A stretch of 64,000 bases of DNA, taken from contig NC_086097.1 in the NCBI RefSeq assembly GCF_963921235.1, positions 64,730,001 to 64,794,000 on the forward strand, in the 5' to 3' direction. Positions 38,527 to 52,610 of the stretch are shown piece by piece (within the stretch, counting starts at the first letter, position 1; each line of letters opens with the position of its first letter). The notes beneath the pieces are model-generated. The model did no database searches and was not told where the DNA came from. It worked only from the letters and a program-made list of their open reading frames with translations. This DNA comes from Mobula hypostoma (taxonomy: Eukaryota). The position numbers and the translations under genes were made by a program.

Positions 38527-40557
38527 AAGTGCCTTAGCATTTAGTAGTCATTATCTTCCACAGCCTTCTTTTTGGTAAACACCAATGCAAACTACTCACT
38601 CAGGGCATCATCCATATCCTCTGCTTCCAAAAATATGTCCCTCCCTTTATCCTTCACTGGTCCTATCCTCGCACTAGTTATTTTGATGTTTATATAGAAT
38701 GCCTTTATCACACTCAACAAGTTGCATATCATATAGAAATGTAAACTGTTCCAAGAAAATAGTTTGTCGAAAGACTCTACCATATCTACATCTTCTGTAC
38801 TATTTTTCACCACATAATGTACCATGTTTCTTCAGTCAGCAGCTACACAGTATTTTCTTTATCATTCTTTTGTTGGTCATCTTTTCCATGCAGTTCTTTG
38901 CTGCTCTTTACTTGTTCCAACCCAGTCAGTTAGCACTACAAATTTACTTGTTTTAATTTCAAATATTCTAAGTTTAAATTATTGCCTTCTGCATCCAGCT
39001 ACAATTTTTATTTCCTGCACGCCTACTACACACTACTTTATTTATTTCCAACTGACACTGAAATTATTCAGGTACTTTCAACTAAAACTAATCCAGAAGA
39101 AATGGAAAAACACCACTCCTAATCTATCCAACATTATAGCCAATACATAACAAATTATTCCACAATCTACTTTGCTGAGCAAATCTTCTAACCCCCAACA
39201 CATTGCATGAGACAATTATCAATAATATGGAATTCTATTGTCTGAGGTGACAAGGTTGGATACCTTGAATAAATACTGCAGTTTTATCATGCATTACCTC
39301 TATTAAAATGATATACTAGAGCTTTGGTCCAGGGTTTGAAAGAGTCTGATTACTGACCAAATTTGTAATTACTGTTTATTTATGTTGTGTTAGCCACTTT
39401 ATAATGTCTATTGAAATCCCACTATTTAGGGGATGATACTCTTTTTTAATATAATTGGAAAATAATGAATGTTCTCGCGACACTTTTTATGTGAGCAACA
39501 AGCCCCACAATGACCTATCGTCCATCGTATGCGTGAGTAATAAATAACAAAGAAGGTGCTTGACAACTCAAGACATCAAGTGTGAATTTCAGTAGTTCAG
39601 TAGTCTTGAGGGAGAAAAAGAAGTCACTCAGTGGGCACTTAATTAATATTTGTCAGTAGTTATCAATTTGATTCTCTAGGAGATGTTTAGAGGGAAATAT
39701 GTAAGCTATTTGCAGATGGCACTTTCATTCTTGGTACAATAAAATGACTAAAATAATCCTTAGTTACACTTCACATCTCTCAGGCCAAGTATAGATGTGA
39801 ATAGAACGGCAGAAGGGGGCACAGTGTTTGAGACTAGCAAGGGTAAAATTTCATAGATTACTCCAGTCTCCCACTCTCAACAGTCACTTCTTGTGCTTAT
39901 TGCTGTGACAGTGACAAGTATTCTCTAAACTGGACACTTGAGTACAAACATGATCTGCAACTTAAACCTAGCAGAGCTACTCGGAGCTGGCTGCTGTTTG
40001 AACTGAAACTTGCCTACAAATCAAAGGCGGTCTTGTGAAAGTGGTAAACACAAAAGAATGAACATTCAGGATGGCTAATGCATCATTTTTATGACGCAGT
40101 GTGGTTAATGTGGTTCGATGAGTGTCTCATCAGTATCCTCATCATGATCACACTACTGTGCCGTGGTATGTGCCCTGACTTGATTGTAATTGCTTGAATC
40201 TGTTCCTGCTGCTCAGAAGCACAGACCAATATGCAATAAAACAGCAAGAGTTCAAGGTTAACTCTCTGAGCACTGAGGCAACATACATCACTAAAAAGGC
40301 TCTTTATGAAGTTTCAGTACAATATTAACATAATTTTGTTCAAGAATGAAGTAGGTGCTGGATATCCATCTTTCAACAATATTTTAGTGATGACTGTATC
40401 AAAAACACATCTGTTTTTTTTTACTGGCTCATGAAATTAGTTTTGTAACTTTGTACTTAAAATTAAATCCACTAATGAGCAATTTGAAGTTCAAGCTCTG
40501 AAATAACAAAAAATACAATCGAAATAATTCTGAGAAACTGTGTCTGAAACAGAACTG

Positions 40558-40584
40558 TCACAGATCTTTTCAAAAGATCTGTGA
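40558..40584. repeat. Perfect inverted repeat with 13-bp arms
   Basis: tcacagatctttt-c-aaaagatctgtga. Confidence 0.9.
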
Positions 40585-43500
40585 AACAAATTCACAACAA
40601 TCTAACTGATGTAGGCCTCTCATTACTATCGTAAACTCTGTAATTCCAAATCATAAACCTGCAAAGCCTAAGTAGTAGAGTGAAGAGCATCCAATGAGAC
40701 TTACATGCTCTTTATTCATTGCCCATAATGATGCAGGAATGGATGCCATGCTGAAAGCTGCAAAAGACATTAAGAGCTTAACAAGTTAAATAAAGAAAAT
40801 AAATCATTTTTATCTTGTAAAGGACTTCTTTTCATGAAATTGTAGCAGTTAAATAATGAAAATCTTTTGCTCAATAGGTGGTCTTTTTATATTCCTGAGC
40901 TTTAACAATCAGCAAAACCAGGCCACCATGAATGTGTCAGAATCTAATGTTCTAAAGCAGGCAAAGACCATTCACTTTCTTTTGTTAATTGTTAGTTTCT
41001 GCAATGTCAGGTATTGTTCAAATCACAAATGTGGGAACATTCTTATTTGACATTTTTCTATAAATAGATGCTGACTGAGAATGACCAGTCAGTGAGACAT
41101 CTTGTCAGAACCAGGGGGGATCTCACTGATGAAAAATGAGGCCACTAACCTATGTTGAATGAATGGCAGTTAATAGCTACAAAACGCAAAAAGAAATTGG
41201 GAAATTGTAGATTGTTAAATGACAAATTATTTAACACTTATGACTACAGCCTTGGTAATAAAAGGGTTATTTAAAGGTGAAGTTCAAGCATTCTTTTTAC
41301 TCTACCAAATAATGAGCATTCCTAACAGAATGGAAATACTTTTAAGCTGCTTAAATTTTTGCCTATTTCTTGTATCTAATGTGATACACTAAGTTACTCT
41401 TCCATATCTCAATATATTGCTTTTTGGTCCTTACTGTTTTGCAGACATTCTGGAAATCATGAGTCAAGTTTCCATTAACTGTAACTAATAATGCTAAGAG
41501 CAGCAACAGTCACTCGACCAATCTTATGATGATCATTCAGTAGGTATGCATTCCCTATTTTGGAGGCCTAATAGTACAAATTAAACTTAAAACTTCGTAA
41601 AAACATTATAAAGAAAATGAAGTATATAGGCCACCTGTGGTTTTATAGCTGGAAGGTGGTGGTGTTAGGCAATATACTCAAGAGAACTTGTAAGAAAGGA
41701 AGGGGTAAGTTCATTGCATAGTCAGTGTTAGTTAAGGACATTAGCACTTTAATATTTAACTTTTCTCTATTTTGGGAAAAGCCATAACAAACCCATGTAT
41801 GACATAAGATTTCAAAAAGCAGCAAAGGCTTAAAGGGCTGGAAATGTGATCACTGCATGATATGAAATAAGTCAAAAATAAAAAAGATATGGGATCTGTC
41901 AGCTATTCATTTCCGAAAGTTGACCATCTCTTGAAAGCCATGCAGCCTTCCAAGTGTGGGTCACTATTTTTAATACTCACGCCAATACCCGAGGCCATTT
42001 GAAAAACTATGTATAAAATCCAAGTGTTTTTATCAATTGCCTAGCTATTCATATCTTTCTCCTTGTCCTCAGATTATGAATATTCCCTACTTTCTTTGAG
42101 GGACATATTTCTTAGTTCATGCTCACTAATACTGTACTTTAGAGCCAGAGCTTCATCCTAGCATTCTCCAAGATTATGTGCACATCTCTGTTGGTAACAA
42201 GAGCTGAATCTTGGAATAGAAAACCTTAGGTGGTATGGGAAACAATCTCAACAGTGATTGATTTAATTTGGTCACTGGTACCAGGCTATGGGTCTCTGGT
42301 CCAGACCAGCATATGATTGGTCCCAGGAACTTTGAATGTAGCCTAGAGACAGTAGGTACATTGGGTGAATTCAAACCTTATCTGTAGTCTGCAGCTGTAG
42401 TATCCGCAATACTCCTTCATGGTGGTATCATTGCCTACTGCTCATCTTAAGATGCTTGAGCTATACTATGGATCCGTAGTCACACAGCCAGATCCACACA
42501 GCTTCTGCTGCTTTTACAGTAAAATGTGAATGAAACTTTGGTAATCTTGGTTCCAGGCATGAGACGACATCATCTCAGGCAGCTCTGCCGTTTTCCCAGG
42601 ACTCTGAGCCCAGGCTTCATGGGCGTTCACATTAATCCCTCTCCAGTGAACTAACACTTTGTAGGAAGCAGTTTACTTGTAGTTCCCTTCTGAATCTGAC
42701 AAAATAATACCCAAAATGGTTTACTGATTTCAGTGAGTGAGCATGAAAAATGAATTCCACTTTGCTTCTGACCATCGTAAACCTGAGGTTTGAGGTAATT
42801 ATCGGTGCTAAATCACTGGCAAAGTACTCCCTTTGTTCAACAGGTTTTCTTTTAATTACTTTGAAATTGATGTTAGTTTGTCAGTTAAACAATATGGCAA
42901 GGCAGACTCTGTAACTACCTAAATTCTATTTAATCAATATATTGACCTCAACAGGATTTCAGACCACAGTGTTATGTTGGGCACATTAATAGAGTTTGTA
43001 CACGCTGATGTTCTATAGGTCAGTGAATATCTGACAAATTCTTTTAATTTATTCCATTCTACCACCTTCTCTCTCCTGAACAATAACCACTGCCATGTCA
43101 TAGGTTTTGTCTAATTGCACATACTCTTATTTTAGTAACAACCAAACACTAAGTACTCTTCACACAGAAACCAATTGTCTTTAGCCAGCTCACTCCAGCC
43201 AGAATGCCCTATCACTTCATTACTAAAGGCTGAATTCTGCAAAGTCCCCCTTACTTAAAAACAACTGAACTGTGTGCACAAAGTATCAGGATACACTAGT
43301 ATTTTGACTGCAATTACCTCAAAAATCTGAGAAATGATAGTGAAATATATTCTGGTAAATTAACATTCATGTAAAATACTCCTATGTGGATATGCATATA
43401 TACTTTAGGCATGAGCTATTGGACCTTGTCTGAACACAAATTAACAGGGCTTTCCTGTAAGTTCAGGAAACTTCCTTCATACAGTCAGGTTGGCTTTCTT

Positions 43501-45779
43501 TCTCTTTCCTCCTACTTCTTCAAGGCTCTATTTTGACAGACAACGTGTAAGATAGAGCAGCCGACAATGTCTAGGAGACCATGGCTTGCTTTACCAGAGC
43601 ACACTATAGTTGCTAACTGTCACATTCTCTGTGGACAATTTTTCCCACTTTGTTTGCAAGTCTCATGCTTAACCTGCCTCATTCACTAATGCTTTGTTCA
43701 CTATTTCTTTTGCTTGGCCACGTTGTGCAATGCATTGTGGGGTAAACTAATCATTTCATAGGGCTCCTACATGTGGGAGTTATTTAAGAAATGGAGTGTG
43801 CAAATTAACCAAAGTTGTTGAATTGTAAGCACCAGTTAATCACTTTACTATTCTTAAAATGAAAATAAAAGCTGCCAAGTAAAATCTGGTGAGATTGTTA
43901 ACACTTCATATAGTTATTTCATTTCATGCAACTTAGAAATATTTCACAGTATAACATTATTTTTATTCAGATCTTAAATAAATCCATACTTCGCTTTTTC
44001 ATTTAGTTTGAGATCCCTGAAGATAATGTTTACCTCCACCCATATAACACAGCTGCTGCAGACACTTCCACTACAGCTCAAATTTACCATCTGAACACTT
44101 TTCAGAGATTGTCTGCAGCTACTTTTTGAATGATAAGGTCTGTTACTAAACTCAAAGGTTTTTTTCTAGCTCCATAAACTTATAATATATATATAAATAC
44201 ACACACAGTATATTCCTTATGTATAAAATAATAACATTTTTGTTCATTTTTTTCATTTTTCTTAGATTGCTGTCTTTTCCCTCATTCTGTCAATTCTGAT
44301 GAATAAAGTCAAATGCATTTGTAAATTAATTTCTCAATCCTAGAGAACAAGCCTTTGAAAGAAATATATGCATCTTACAGCTTCAGGCCATGCTAAGGTA
44401 CTTTAGAATTAATTACGTACTTCTTAGGTGTCCCTGTTCCAATAAAAGAAAAGCTGCCAAAAATTATGATGAACATAGTAACAATCACATTTTATCATTT
44501 ATCATTGAGGAATTATTTTCCAGCACACCAGCAAGAAGTCCCTGATTTTCTTTGAAATAGAAAAAAAAATGACCAGACTCTGGTTTATAGTTGTTTAACC
44601 AGGCTAAAGAGAAGTCACTACTCACAGAGCAGTGCACTGCAGCTTGAGCTTAGCAGTCAAGCACTCAGCTTGAACCTTCGTCCCACACCTTACAAACACA
44701 AGAGTACAGCTATCTGAACCATGGCTAACCACTCTAATAGTTCATTAAGAGATGCCTGTATGCCTGTACCTTCTAATTGCTATCCTAATACGCTCACTAA
44801 ATTACTTCACTGTCTCTGAAAATGAGGTGCTCTCCTGCAGGGGTAGAAATTAATGGGCCTATATTTATCCTTTGATGATATATTTAAGTATGGTGGAAGG
44901 GACAAACTATAAACACAAATAATCATGTTTCGTCTGTCTTGCAGGATTTTGAGAGTAACCATTTCTCTATTCAATTTTTTACTACTTTGGTTGACACTTA
45001 CTTCAAACACTTCTTAAAAAACTTTTTCTTAAACTAAAGGTTATTAATAATCAGAGCATCTACCTTCTAACTAACGTATTCTTCATGGAGTGGAATCAGA
45101 AAAGAAGTACGACACCGTTATATACATCAAGTGGGGGCAGTACCAATTGATGGTAATAATGATTTTGTATCTTATTACATCTACTAGCAAAAAAAAAGCC
45201 AAGAAATTCAATATACTCCAAATGAAGAGAGGGAAAAAAAAATCAAAAGCTTTTTGTCAGCTTGGGCACCAAGCCAACTTCAAAGTCAGACTTCATTTAA
45301 ATGTTGATAGAAGACTGTAGGCACTTCGTGATAGTAAATGGATTTTTCATGATTGATCCAAATACCAAAGTGATTTATCTGCAGAAATGGTGAAAAATTG
45401 TGATACTTTAACCTGAATATTTCTCAGATAAGCACTATCCATAAATCATCTTTTACAGACAGATTGTGTGCACTGTTTATTTTCTCCATTAGATGCCCAA
45501 AGATGCATCCCATTGGGCAAAAGGGATTGGCTTTTAGTGGCAAGAAGCAATACCCATAGAACATATTAAATGATACAGAAAATACACCATTCCTGTTTTA
45601 TTTCATTCAATTTAAGCAGCTTATTGAAGTGGATAGAAAACATTTGCTCGACAAATACGAAACAAATATTTACTCATTAAATTAGTACAAAAGAATTATA
45701 CCTTAATAGTAATCAGGTGATTAATATATAATGTCCAATTAACTTTGTTTTAATAAGGATTGTTCTACAGGTTTCCATC

Positions 45780-48085
45780 CACAAGCAATACAAAATCTGC
45801 AGATGCTGGAAATCCAAGCAACACACAGAACGCTGGAGAAACTCACAGGCCAGGCCAGACAGTATCTCTGGAAAAGAGTATTGTCATCTTTCAGGCCGTG
45901 ACCTTCACCAGGACTGAAGAAAAAAAGATGAGGAGTCAGGAGTTAGAAGATTGGGGGTGGGGGGGGGGGAAAAAGAGGGGTAAGACACAAATGGCAATAG
46001 ATGAAACGGAGGGGGAGAGGGGTGAAGTAACGAGCTTGGAAGTTGATTGGTAGAAAAGGTACAGGGCTGGAGGAGGAATCTGATAGGAGAGGTCAGAAAG
46101 CAATGGAAGAAAGAAAAGGGGGAGATAAGGTGAGAGAGGGAAAAGGGAATGGGGAGTGGGGAATGGCGAAGGAGTTCCATTACCAGAAGTTCGAGAAATT
46201 GATGATCATGCCATCAGGTTGGAAGCTACCAAGAGAAATACAAGGTACTGCTCCTCCAACCTGAGTGTGGCCTCATCGTGGGATAAGAGGAGGCCATGAA
46301 CCAACATGTCGGAGTGGGAATGGGAAGTGGAATTAAAATGGGTGGTCACCGGGAGACCCTGCTTTTTCTGGCGGACGGAGTGTAGGTGCTCGGCGAAGCT
46401 GTCTCCCAATTTACGTCAAGTCCCACATATATACAGGAGGCCACACCAGGAGCACCGGATGTGACAAATAGCTTTTCTTTCCTCCATTTCCTGACAATAT
46501 AAACACAAGAGACGCTGCAGACACTGGAAATCTTGAAGAACACATAAAGTGGTGGATGAATTAAGCAAGTCAGGCAACATAAATGGGGGCAAATAAACAG
46601 CCAATGTATCAGGTCAAGAACCTTCATTAGATTCAGATTCATTTATTTATTTATCAAATGTACATTGAAGCAAACAGTGAAATGCATCGTTTGCAGTTAC
46701 AACCAACACAACCCAAGCACGTGCTGGGGGCAACCTGCAAAAGTTGCCTCTCGTTCTCAAGCCAACATATATGCTCACTACTTGGCAGAATGCAAGAAGC
46801 AATAGAACAGCAAAACAAGCCCCTTTCCTCCCTCCCACACACCCATTCAACACACCTTCAACCTCAGAACAAACTGCCGGGCCTCCAGCCTCCAAGCTTC
46901 AGCCATTGGGCTTTGACTTCTGGACTTCTGATCAATCTGTGAACCTTGATCTTTCATAATGAACCCCAGAACAGCTGATGACAGGGCCCTGATCTCCAGG
47001 CCTCACTGACTCACCAGTCATCAGAATTGGAGAGAAAGGAGGAAAGAAACCATAATAATCGGGGGAGGAGGAGTACAAACTAGCAAGTGATAGGTGAAAC
47101 TAGATGAGGAGGGGAGGATGGGTAGGGGGTGGGGGGGGGAAACGAAGAAGTTGGGAGGTGATATATGGAAGAACTAAAGGACTGAAGAAGGTATCTGATA
47201 GGAGAAGACCAGGAACCACTGAAGAAAGGGGAGAAGGAGGGGCACCAGAGGGAGGTGATGGGCAGGTAAGAAAGAGTGAGAGGGTACCAAAACAGGGAAT
47301 GGAAGAAGGGGGGAAGGGGAGAGAAATCAATGTTCACACCATCTGGTTTGAGGCTACCCAGATGGAATGAGGTGTTACTCCTCTAACCTGAATGTGGCCT
47401 CATTGTGGCAGTATGGGAGGCTATGAACTGATATGCCGAAATGGGAAAGAGGTCTAATTGAAATTGGTCGCCACAGGGAATCCAACATTTTTTGACAGAC
47501 AGAGTGAAGGTGCTCAGCAAGTGGTCCCCCAATCTGCATCAAGTTGCACCGATGTCATGGAGAAAACACCAGAAGCATCAGATAAAATAGATGACCCTGA
47601 CAGACTTGCACGTGAAGTTTCGCCTCATCTAGAAAGACTTTTTGAAGTTCTGGATAATGGTGAGTAAGGTGGTGTAGGCCAGGCATACCACTTGTCTGGA
47701 TTGCAGGGGTAAGTGCCAGGAGGGAAATCAATTGGGCAGAACAAGTGGACAAGGTTGTCATTAGAGAGTAATCACTACGGAAACCAGGTGGGGAAAGGAG
47801 GCAAAGATGTGATTAGTGGTAATATTCTTCCTTCTTCAGCACTTTACCTCTTTCACTTTATCTCCTCTCAGCTTATGACATCATCCACCCCTCCCCAACC
47901 AACCCACCTTACCCTGTTTATCACCCACCAAGCTTGTACTCCTTCCCCTTCTTATTTTGGCTTCTTTCCCCCTTCCTTTGTACTCTTGATGAAGGGTCTT
48001 GACCTGAAGTGTCCACTGTTTATTCCCCTCCATAGATGCTACATGACATGCTGAGCTCCACCAGGGCTGTGCATGTTTTGCTCTA
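45780..48085 (-). mobile_element. Cluster of Penelope-like fragments (minus 45780-46460 and 46500-47800; plus end 47830-48085) with a SINE-like insert at about 46630-47020
   Basis: IRCSWCGLLYICGT and GDSFAEH..PVTTHFN..LEEQYLVF GIY-YIG pieces; repeated ctgcagatgctggaaat termini. Confidence 0.8.
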
Positions 48086-48269
48086 ATAACATGATTGGGC
48101 TCAGAATCAATATGAATGCAGAATACATGTATGTTACAAATTCTTTCCAAAAGTATGATCCCACATCACAATACCAGTGTGCATCTGCAATTGTATTTGG
48201 TCAATGAACCAGCTTTGCCCCTCACCAACTTCAAAGTCTACACAAAGCAAGCACCAAAGATGTGGAATC

Positions 48270-48735
48270 TTTAAAGAGGGTGCAGAGGAGATTTACCAAG
48301 GTGCTGCCTGGATAAGAGAGTGTGTCTTATGAGGTTAGGTTGAGTGAGCAATGTTTTTTCTGTTTGATGCGAAGGAGTGAGAGAGATGACTTGATAGAAG
48401 TGTACAAGATAAGAGTTATAAATTGAGTGGACAGCCATCAAAGATGGAAATGGCAAATACAAGGGGGCATATTTTTAAGGTGATTAGAGGAAAGTATAGA
48501 GGAATGTCAGAGATAATTTTTTCCCCCTCACAGAGTGGTAGATGCGTGGAATGACATGCCAGTGGTGGTGGCAGAGGTAGAGGTAGGTACAATAAGACTA
48601 TTTTAAAAACTCTTAAACACATGGATGATAGAAAAATGGAGGACTATGTAGGAGGGGAGGGTTAGAATGACCTTAGAGTAGTTTACAAGATCGCACAACA
48701 TCATAGGCCAAAGGGTCTGTACTGTGTTGTAATGT
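48270..48735 (+). mobile_element. CR1 3' fragment
   Basis: gagggtgcagaggagatttaccaag..acaagggggcat..ggccaaagggtctgtactgtg. Confidence 0.8.
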
Positions 48736-49036
48736 TCATTGTACTTGAGGTGCTTTCTCAGTGCAAGGCCAACTCCTTTACATAAGATATCTTGGGTGGA
48801 TAGTGTTACACAGAACAATCTGAACAACTGGTTCTAATGTGGTTCATTTAGAGCCAAGTTATCATTTGAACCAAACTCAAGAATGCAGTTCACTATTACC
48901 TACTCTGAAACACACAGCCAAAAACGTAAGTTCACAATTTCCTAGCAATCAGTGTTATTCTGAACATTTATGTTCAGAAATTACGCAAGGAACGAATTAT
49001 ATATTCAATGCAACCTGCACAGAATAAAAACAAACT

Positions 49037-49042
49037 TTTATT
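49037..49042 (-). promoter_or_regulatory. Candidate MBIP polyadenylation signal AATAAA
   Basis: tttatt on the plus strand about 260 nt past the stop codon; ATTAAA variants at about 49203 and 49213 are alternatives. Confidence 0.5.
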
Positions 49043-49301
49043 GTACCAACATTCTACACAAAATTAACACAAATATTTACATGAACGCTGGATACCTAAA
49101 ATGTGCTCTATTCAAATCATTTGGTTCTGATTTGATCTTTTTATCATTAAAGCGACTTAGTATCAACAGTCATGTTTCTATATAATACTTTGTACAAAAT
49201 AATTTAATACAGTTTAATAGGCAAGCTATTTTCTGAAACAAACACAATAAAAAGGCATCACATTGAATCATTCGGCTAGTTCTAAAACAATAAAATTGAC
49301 C

Positions 49302-49412
49302 TTAAGTAGACATCTTGTTTGCTTTCATTGACTGAGCTTGGCCACTTGCTTTCTGCAGTAGCACAGCCTTCAATGCATTAATCTTCTCGTCAATTTCTAT
49401 TAGGCTGTAGCC
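49302..49412 (-). CDS. MBIP: MBIP exon 9 (terminal): GYSLIEIDEKINALKAVLLQKASGQAQSMKANKMST*
   Basis: tttcag acceptor, phase 0; similar to recalled human NYSLAELDEKISALKQALLRK; TAA at 49304-49302. Confidence 0.93.
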   Translation of the reverse strand, partial: GYSLIEIDEKINALKAVLLQKASGQAQSMKANKMST

Positions 49413-50100
49413 CTGAAACATAAACCATTTGAAGTATTTAAATGAGCAATACATTGAAATATGATGTGCCAGGTGGCTTATTGTACATGAAAAAGCAAGG
49501 CTAATAGTTCAGACACTCCACAATAATTAACCTTCTCATTTGGAAACCGTGTGATAGAACAAAATTTTTTCCAGGGAAAAATAGCACAACAGTAGTACCA
49601 GACAACTCTTTATATAATGTGAATTCCAAGTATTTCCTACATAATCTGTGTAGCAAACCAAACTTTATACAGCGGCAAGTGGCAAGTATCCCAATATTTA
49701 ACTATGTGTTTCTAGATACAGTAAACCATCTTGCATATCATATTTGGATAATGAAGATCCCATCCTTTCTCCAATTTAAAAACCCAAATTTAACCTCAGC
49801 ACACCGTTCCGCTAATTACAGCATTTTATGTGCATTCACACATGATAGCAAGTAAAGTTAGCATTAACTAGCACAAGTAATAGAAGAGATTGCAGACTAG
49901 GCATTATAAAAATGCACCAGTTAAATATAGCCAATTAAGTCAAGGTTAGCCCCAACTGGACTGCCAAAAGATTGAGGAGGGAGAAGTAACTAATGGAGAG
50001 AGAAACTGAAGATCCCTAAAGTAGGAAGTAACATAGATATACAAATATAATCTATATACACTGCACAAGTTAATGAATATGCTAAAACAAAAAAAAATAC

Positions 50101-50142
50101 CTGCACTGTTTCTTGAACTTTACGCCTTTTATTTGGAAGATT
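50101..50142 (-). CDS. MBIP: MBIP exon 8: NLPNKRRKVQETVQ (basic, NLS-like)
   Basis: ctctttag acceptor, gtatt donor, 42 nt; similar to human SFSGKRRKVQ. Confidence 0.88.
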
Positions 50143-50566
50143 CTAAAGAGGAGAAAGTTTGTTTAAATTTAGTTTCATTAGGAAAACACAAAAAGCTTAC
50201 TTACAGTGATTGGTAATAAATTAACATTAATACGAGTCATAAAACTTCCTATTAAAAATTTTCAATTTGCACAAAAGGAAACTAAACATCTCTATTACAC
50301 AATAAGTTCCATAAATCTCTAAGCATAGTTTATAAGGATCTTGTGAAATGCTAGCAAAAGATTCTCTATATAGTTACCAATAGTAACATGACACTTCACA
50401 ACTATACACACACCGTATTAACTGTGACTGGTTCAAATAACTGATTAAGGGAATATCTGAACCAGTTAAAAATCTGTTGTGTTTACTTGATAGTAAAAAA
50501 AAATCAACCTAATTTTTTACATTTCTTTCAAAGCCACAATTCACAAAGCAGAAAGCACAAAAAGCT

Positions 50567-51220
50567 TTGTTGTTCAGTCGTTAAGTTGAGTCCAAATCTT
50601 CATGACTACATGGCCTCCTGCACACCAAGCCTTCCTGTTGGAAACAGCCTCTCTAAAATCCCCCAAGGTAACACGCATTGTCTGAGTATCATTATCTATC
50701 CATCGTAGCCTCTGTTGTCCTCTTCGTCTCTTACCTTCTGTTTTACCTGACATGAGAGTCTTCTCCAAGGAATCCTGTTTTCTTATGATGTGGCCAAAAT
50801 ATTTGAGCTTTTGTCTCATCAGCAAACCTCCTAGTGAGCAGTCTGGCTGTATTCCTTCAAGTACTGACTTGCTGGATCTTCTTGCTGTCTAATGAATACT
50901 TTCCTCCAACATCCAAGTTCAAATGAGCTGATTCTTTTGTATTCAGCCTTACTAACAGTCCAGCTCTCTCAGTCATACATCACAATTGGAAATACCATAG
51001 ATTGTTACCTTCTCGTGGTGAAGGGGCTTGTGTACCTCAGTGGCTGGCGCTCTGAGCTACACCATGTAGAGCTACTCAAGATGGACAGGTCTTGACAGAG
51101 AGGTCAGACTAAATATGGTCCACTGGAGAAGGAAGTGGCAACCCACTCCAGTAATTTGCCAAGAAAATCTTATAGATAAAAGTAACCAGATATATCAGAA
51201 TGACACCGGAAGTCAAGCCC
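50567..51220 (-). mobile_element. BovB-like RTE LINE: 3' end on minus (50567-51000) plus inverted 5'UTR-like piece on plus (51003-51220)
   Basis: LKYFGHIIRKQDSLEKTLMSGKTEGKRRRGQQRLRWID; (CAA)n tail; ggagaaggaagtggcaacccactccagta (Bov-A-type motif). TSD ca(c/t)aaaaagct at 50556-50566 and 51221-51231. Confidence 0.85.
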
Positions 51221-51439
51221 CATAAAAAGCTAGCTGAACTAAATGTTCAGTTTACTTTCAATTCTTAAATGACCATATTATTTCTTCATAAATATTAATA
51301 CCAGGGGAAGATTACTAAGATGTATCTATGAGATTTCTCTTAATCAGTGAGGAAGGATGCAGTGCTAGATCTTGTTCCAGAACAAAGCATGCTTTCACAA
51401 GACACCATTTCCAGCACAGTATCACAGCATCATCAAGTT

Positions 51440-52610
51440 CAAAACAAAAATGAAAAGGATAATCTCATTTCCTTTACAGGGAAAATACTGTAAGTTATTA
51501 AGGGAATGATAACAGGGCTCTTAGAAAATAATAATATTACACATTAAATTCTAAAAGGGAAATCATGTTTGACAAATAAAAGATTATTTGTTTCAAAACA
51601 AAGGAGTATAACTAGCAAAAACAGACAAGGGTGAACTAGTACATGAACTATCAGAAGGCCATTATTAAAGTACTATATATATAGATATGCAGCAAGATTA
51701 GAGCAGAGGGGATTATGGGCAATTTTCTGATGGAGTTTGTTGAATGTTTAATGGACAGAAGAATGAAATGAATTATAGTAATTACAATAAGTACTAGGAG
51801 CTATCTTAAAATGGACTCAGGAACATGAAGGAAATGTGTAAACGTGAATTAAAGATGGCATATTGTTGAGAAGGCCGCAGCCAAATGCTTCAATTCTGTT
51901 ATGAACAAAGTTTTTAATCTGAAAATGTATCTAGGAGTTCTAATTCCTGATGTGGTAAATAGACAGTTGGGTCAGCTTAACAATGGCAGTGGACACCAGT
52001 GCCTCTGCTTCCTCAGAAGGCTAAGGAAAATTCGGCATGCCTCCAGTGACCCTCACCAACTTCTAAAGACGCAGAAATGAAAACATCCAATCTCGATACA
52101 TCAGTTTTGTATGGCAACTGTGTTGCTTAAGACTGCAAGAAATTGCAGAGCTGTGGAAACAGCTCAGTCCATCAGTAAAACCAATTCCTCCATGGACTCT
52201 GTCTACACTTCTCGCTGCTGCAGAGAAGTAGCCAGCATAATCAAAGACACCTCCCACTCCAGACATTCTCTTTTCTCCTTACTTCCAAAAGATAGAAGAT
52301 ATAAAAGCTTGAACACATGCAGCACCAGACTCAAGGATTGTTTCTATCGTCCTATTATAAAACTCTTAAATAGCCCTCTTGTAACGTTAAAGATGAACTC
52401 TTGTCCTCACCAGCTACCTCATCACAGCCATTACACATGATTGTTTACCTGAACTGCACTTTCTCTATAATTGTAACACTATATTCTGCACGGTCATTAC
52501 TTTTCCTTTGTACTACTTTAAAGAATTTGTGTTTTGAATGACCTGCATAGGTTTGCAAAACTAAGTTTATCCACTGTTATCTCAATACGTATTACAAACA
52601 TAAACCAATG
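51440..52610 (+). mobile_element. Highly decayed CR1 piece followed by a Rex1/Babar-like 3' end
   Basis: gggaaatcatgtttgacaaa (CR1); ASIIKDTSH..LFSLLP..RRY..RLKDCFY in ORF 52111-52440. Confidence 0.65.
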
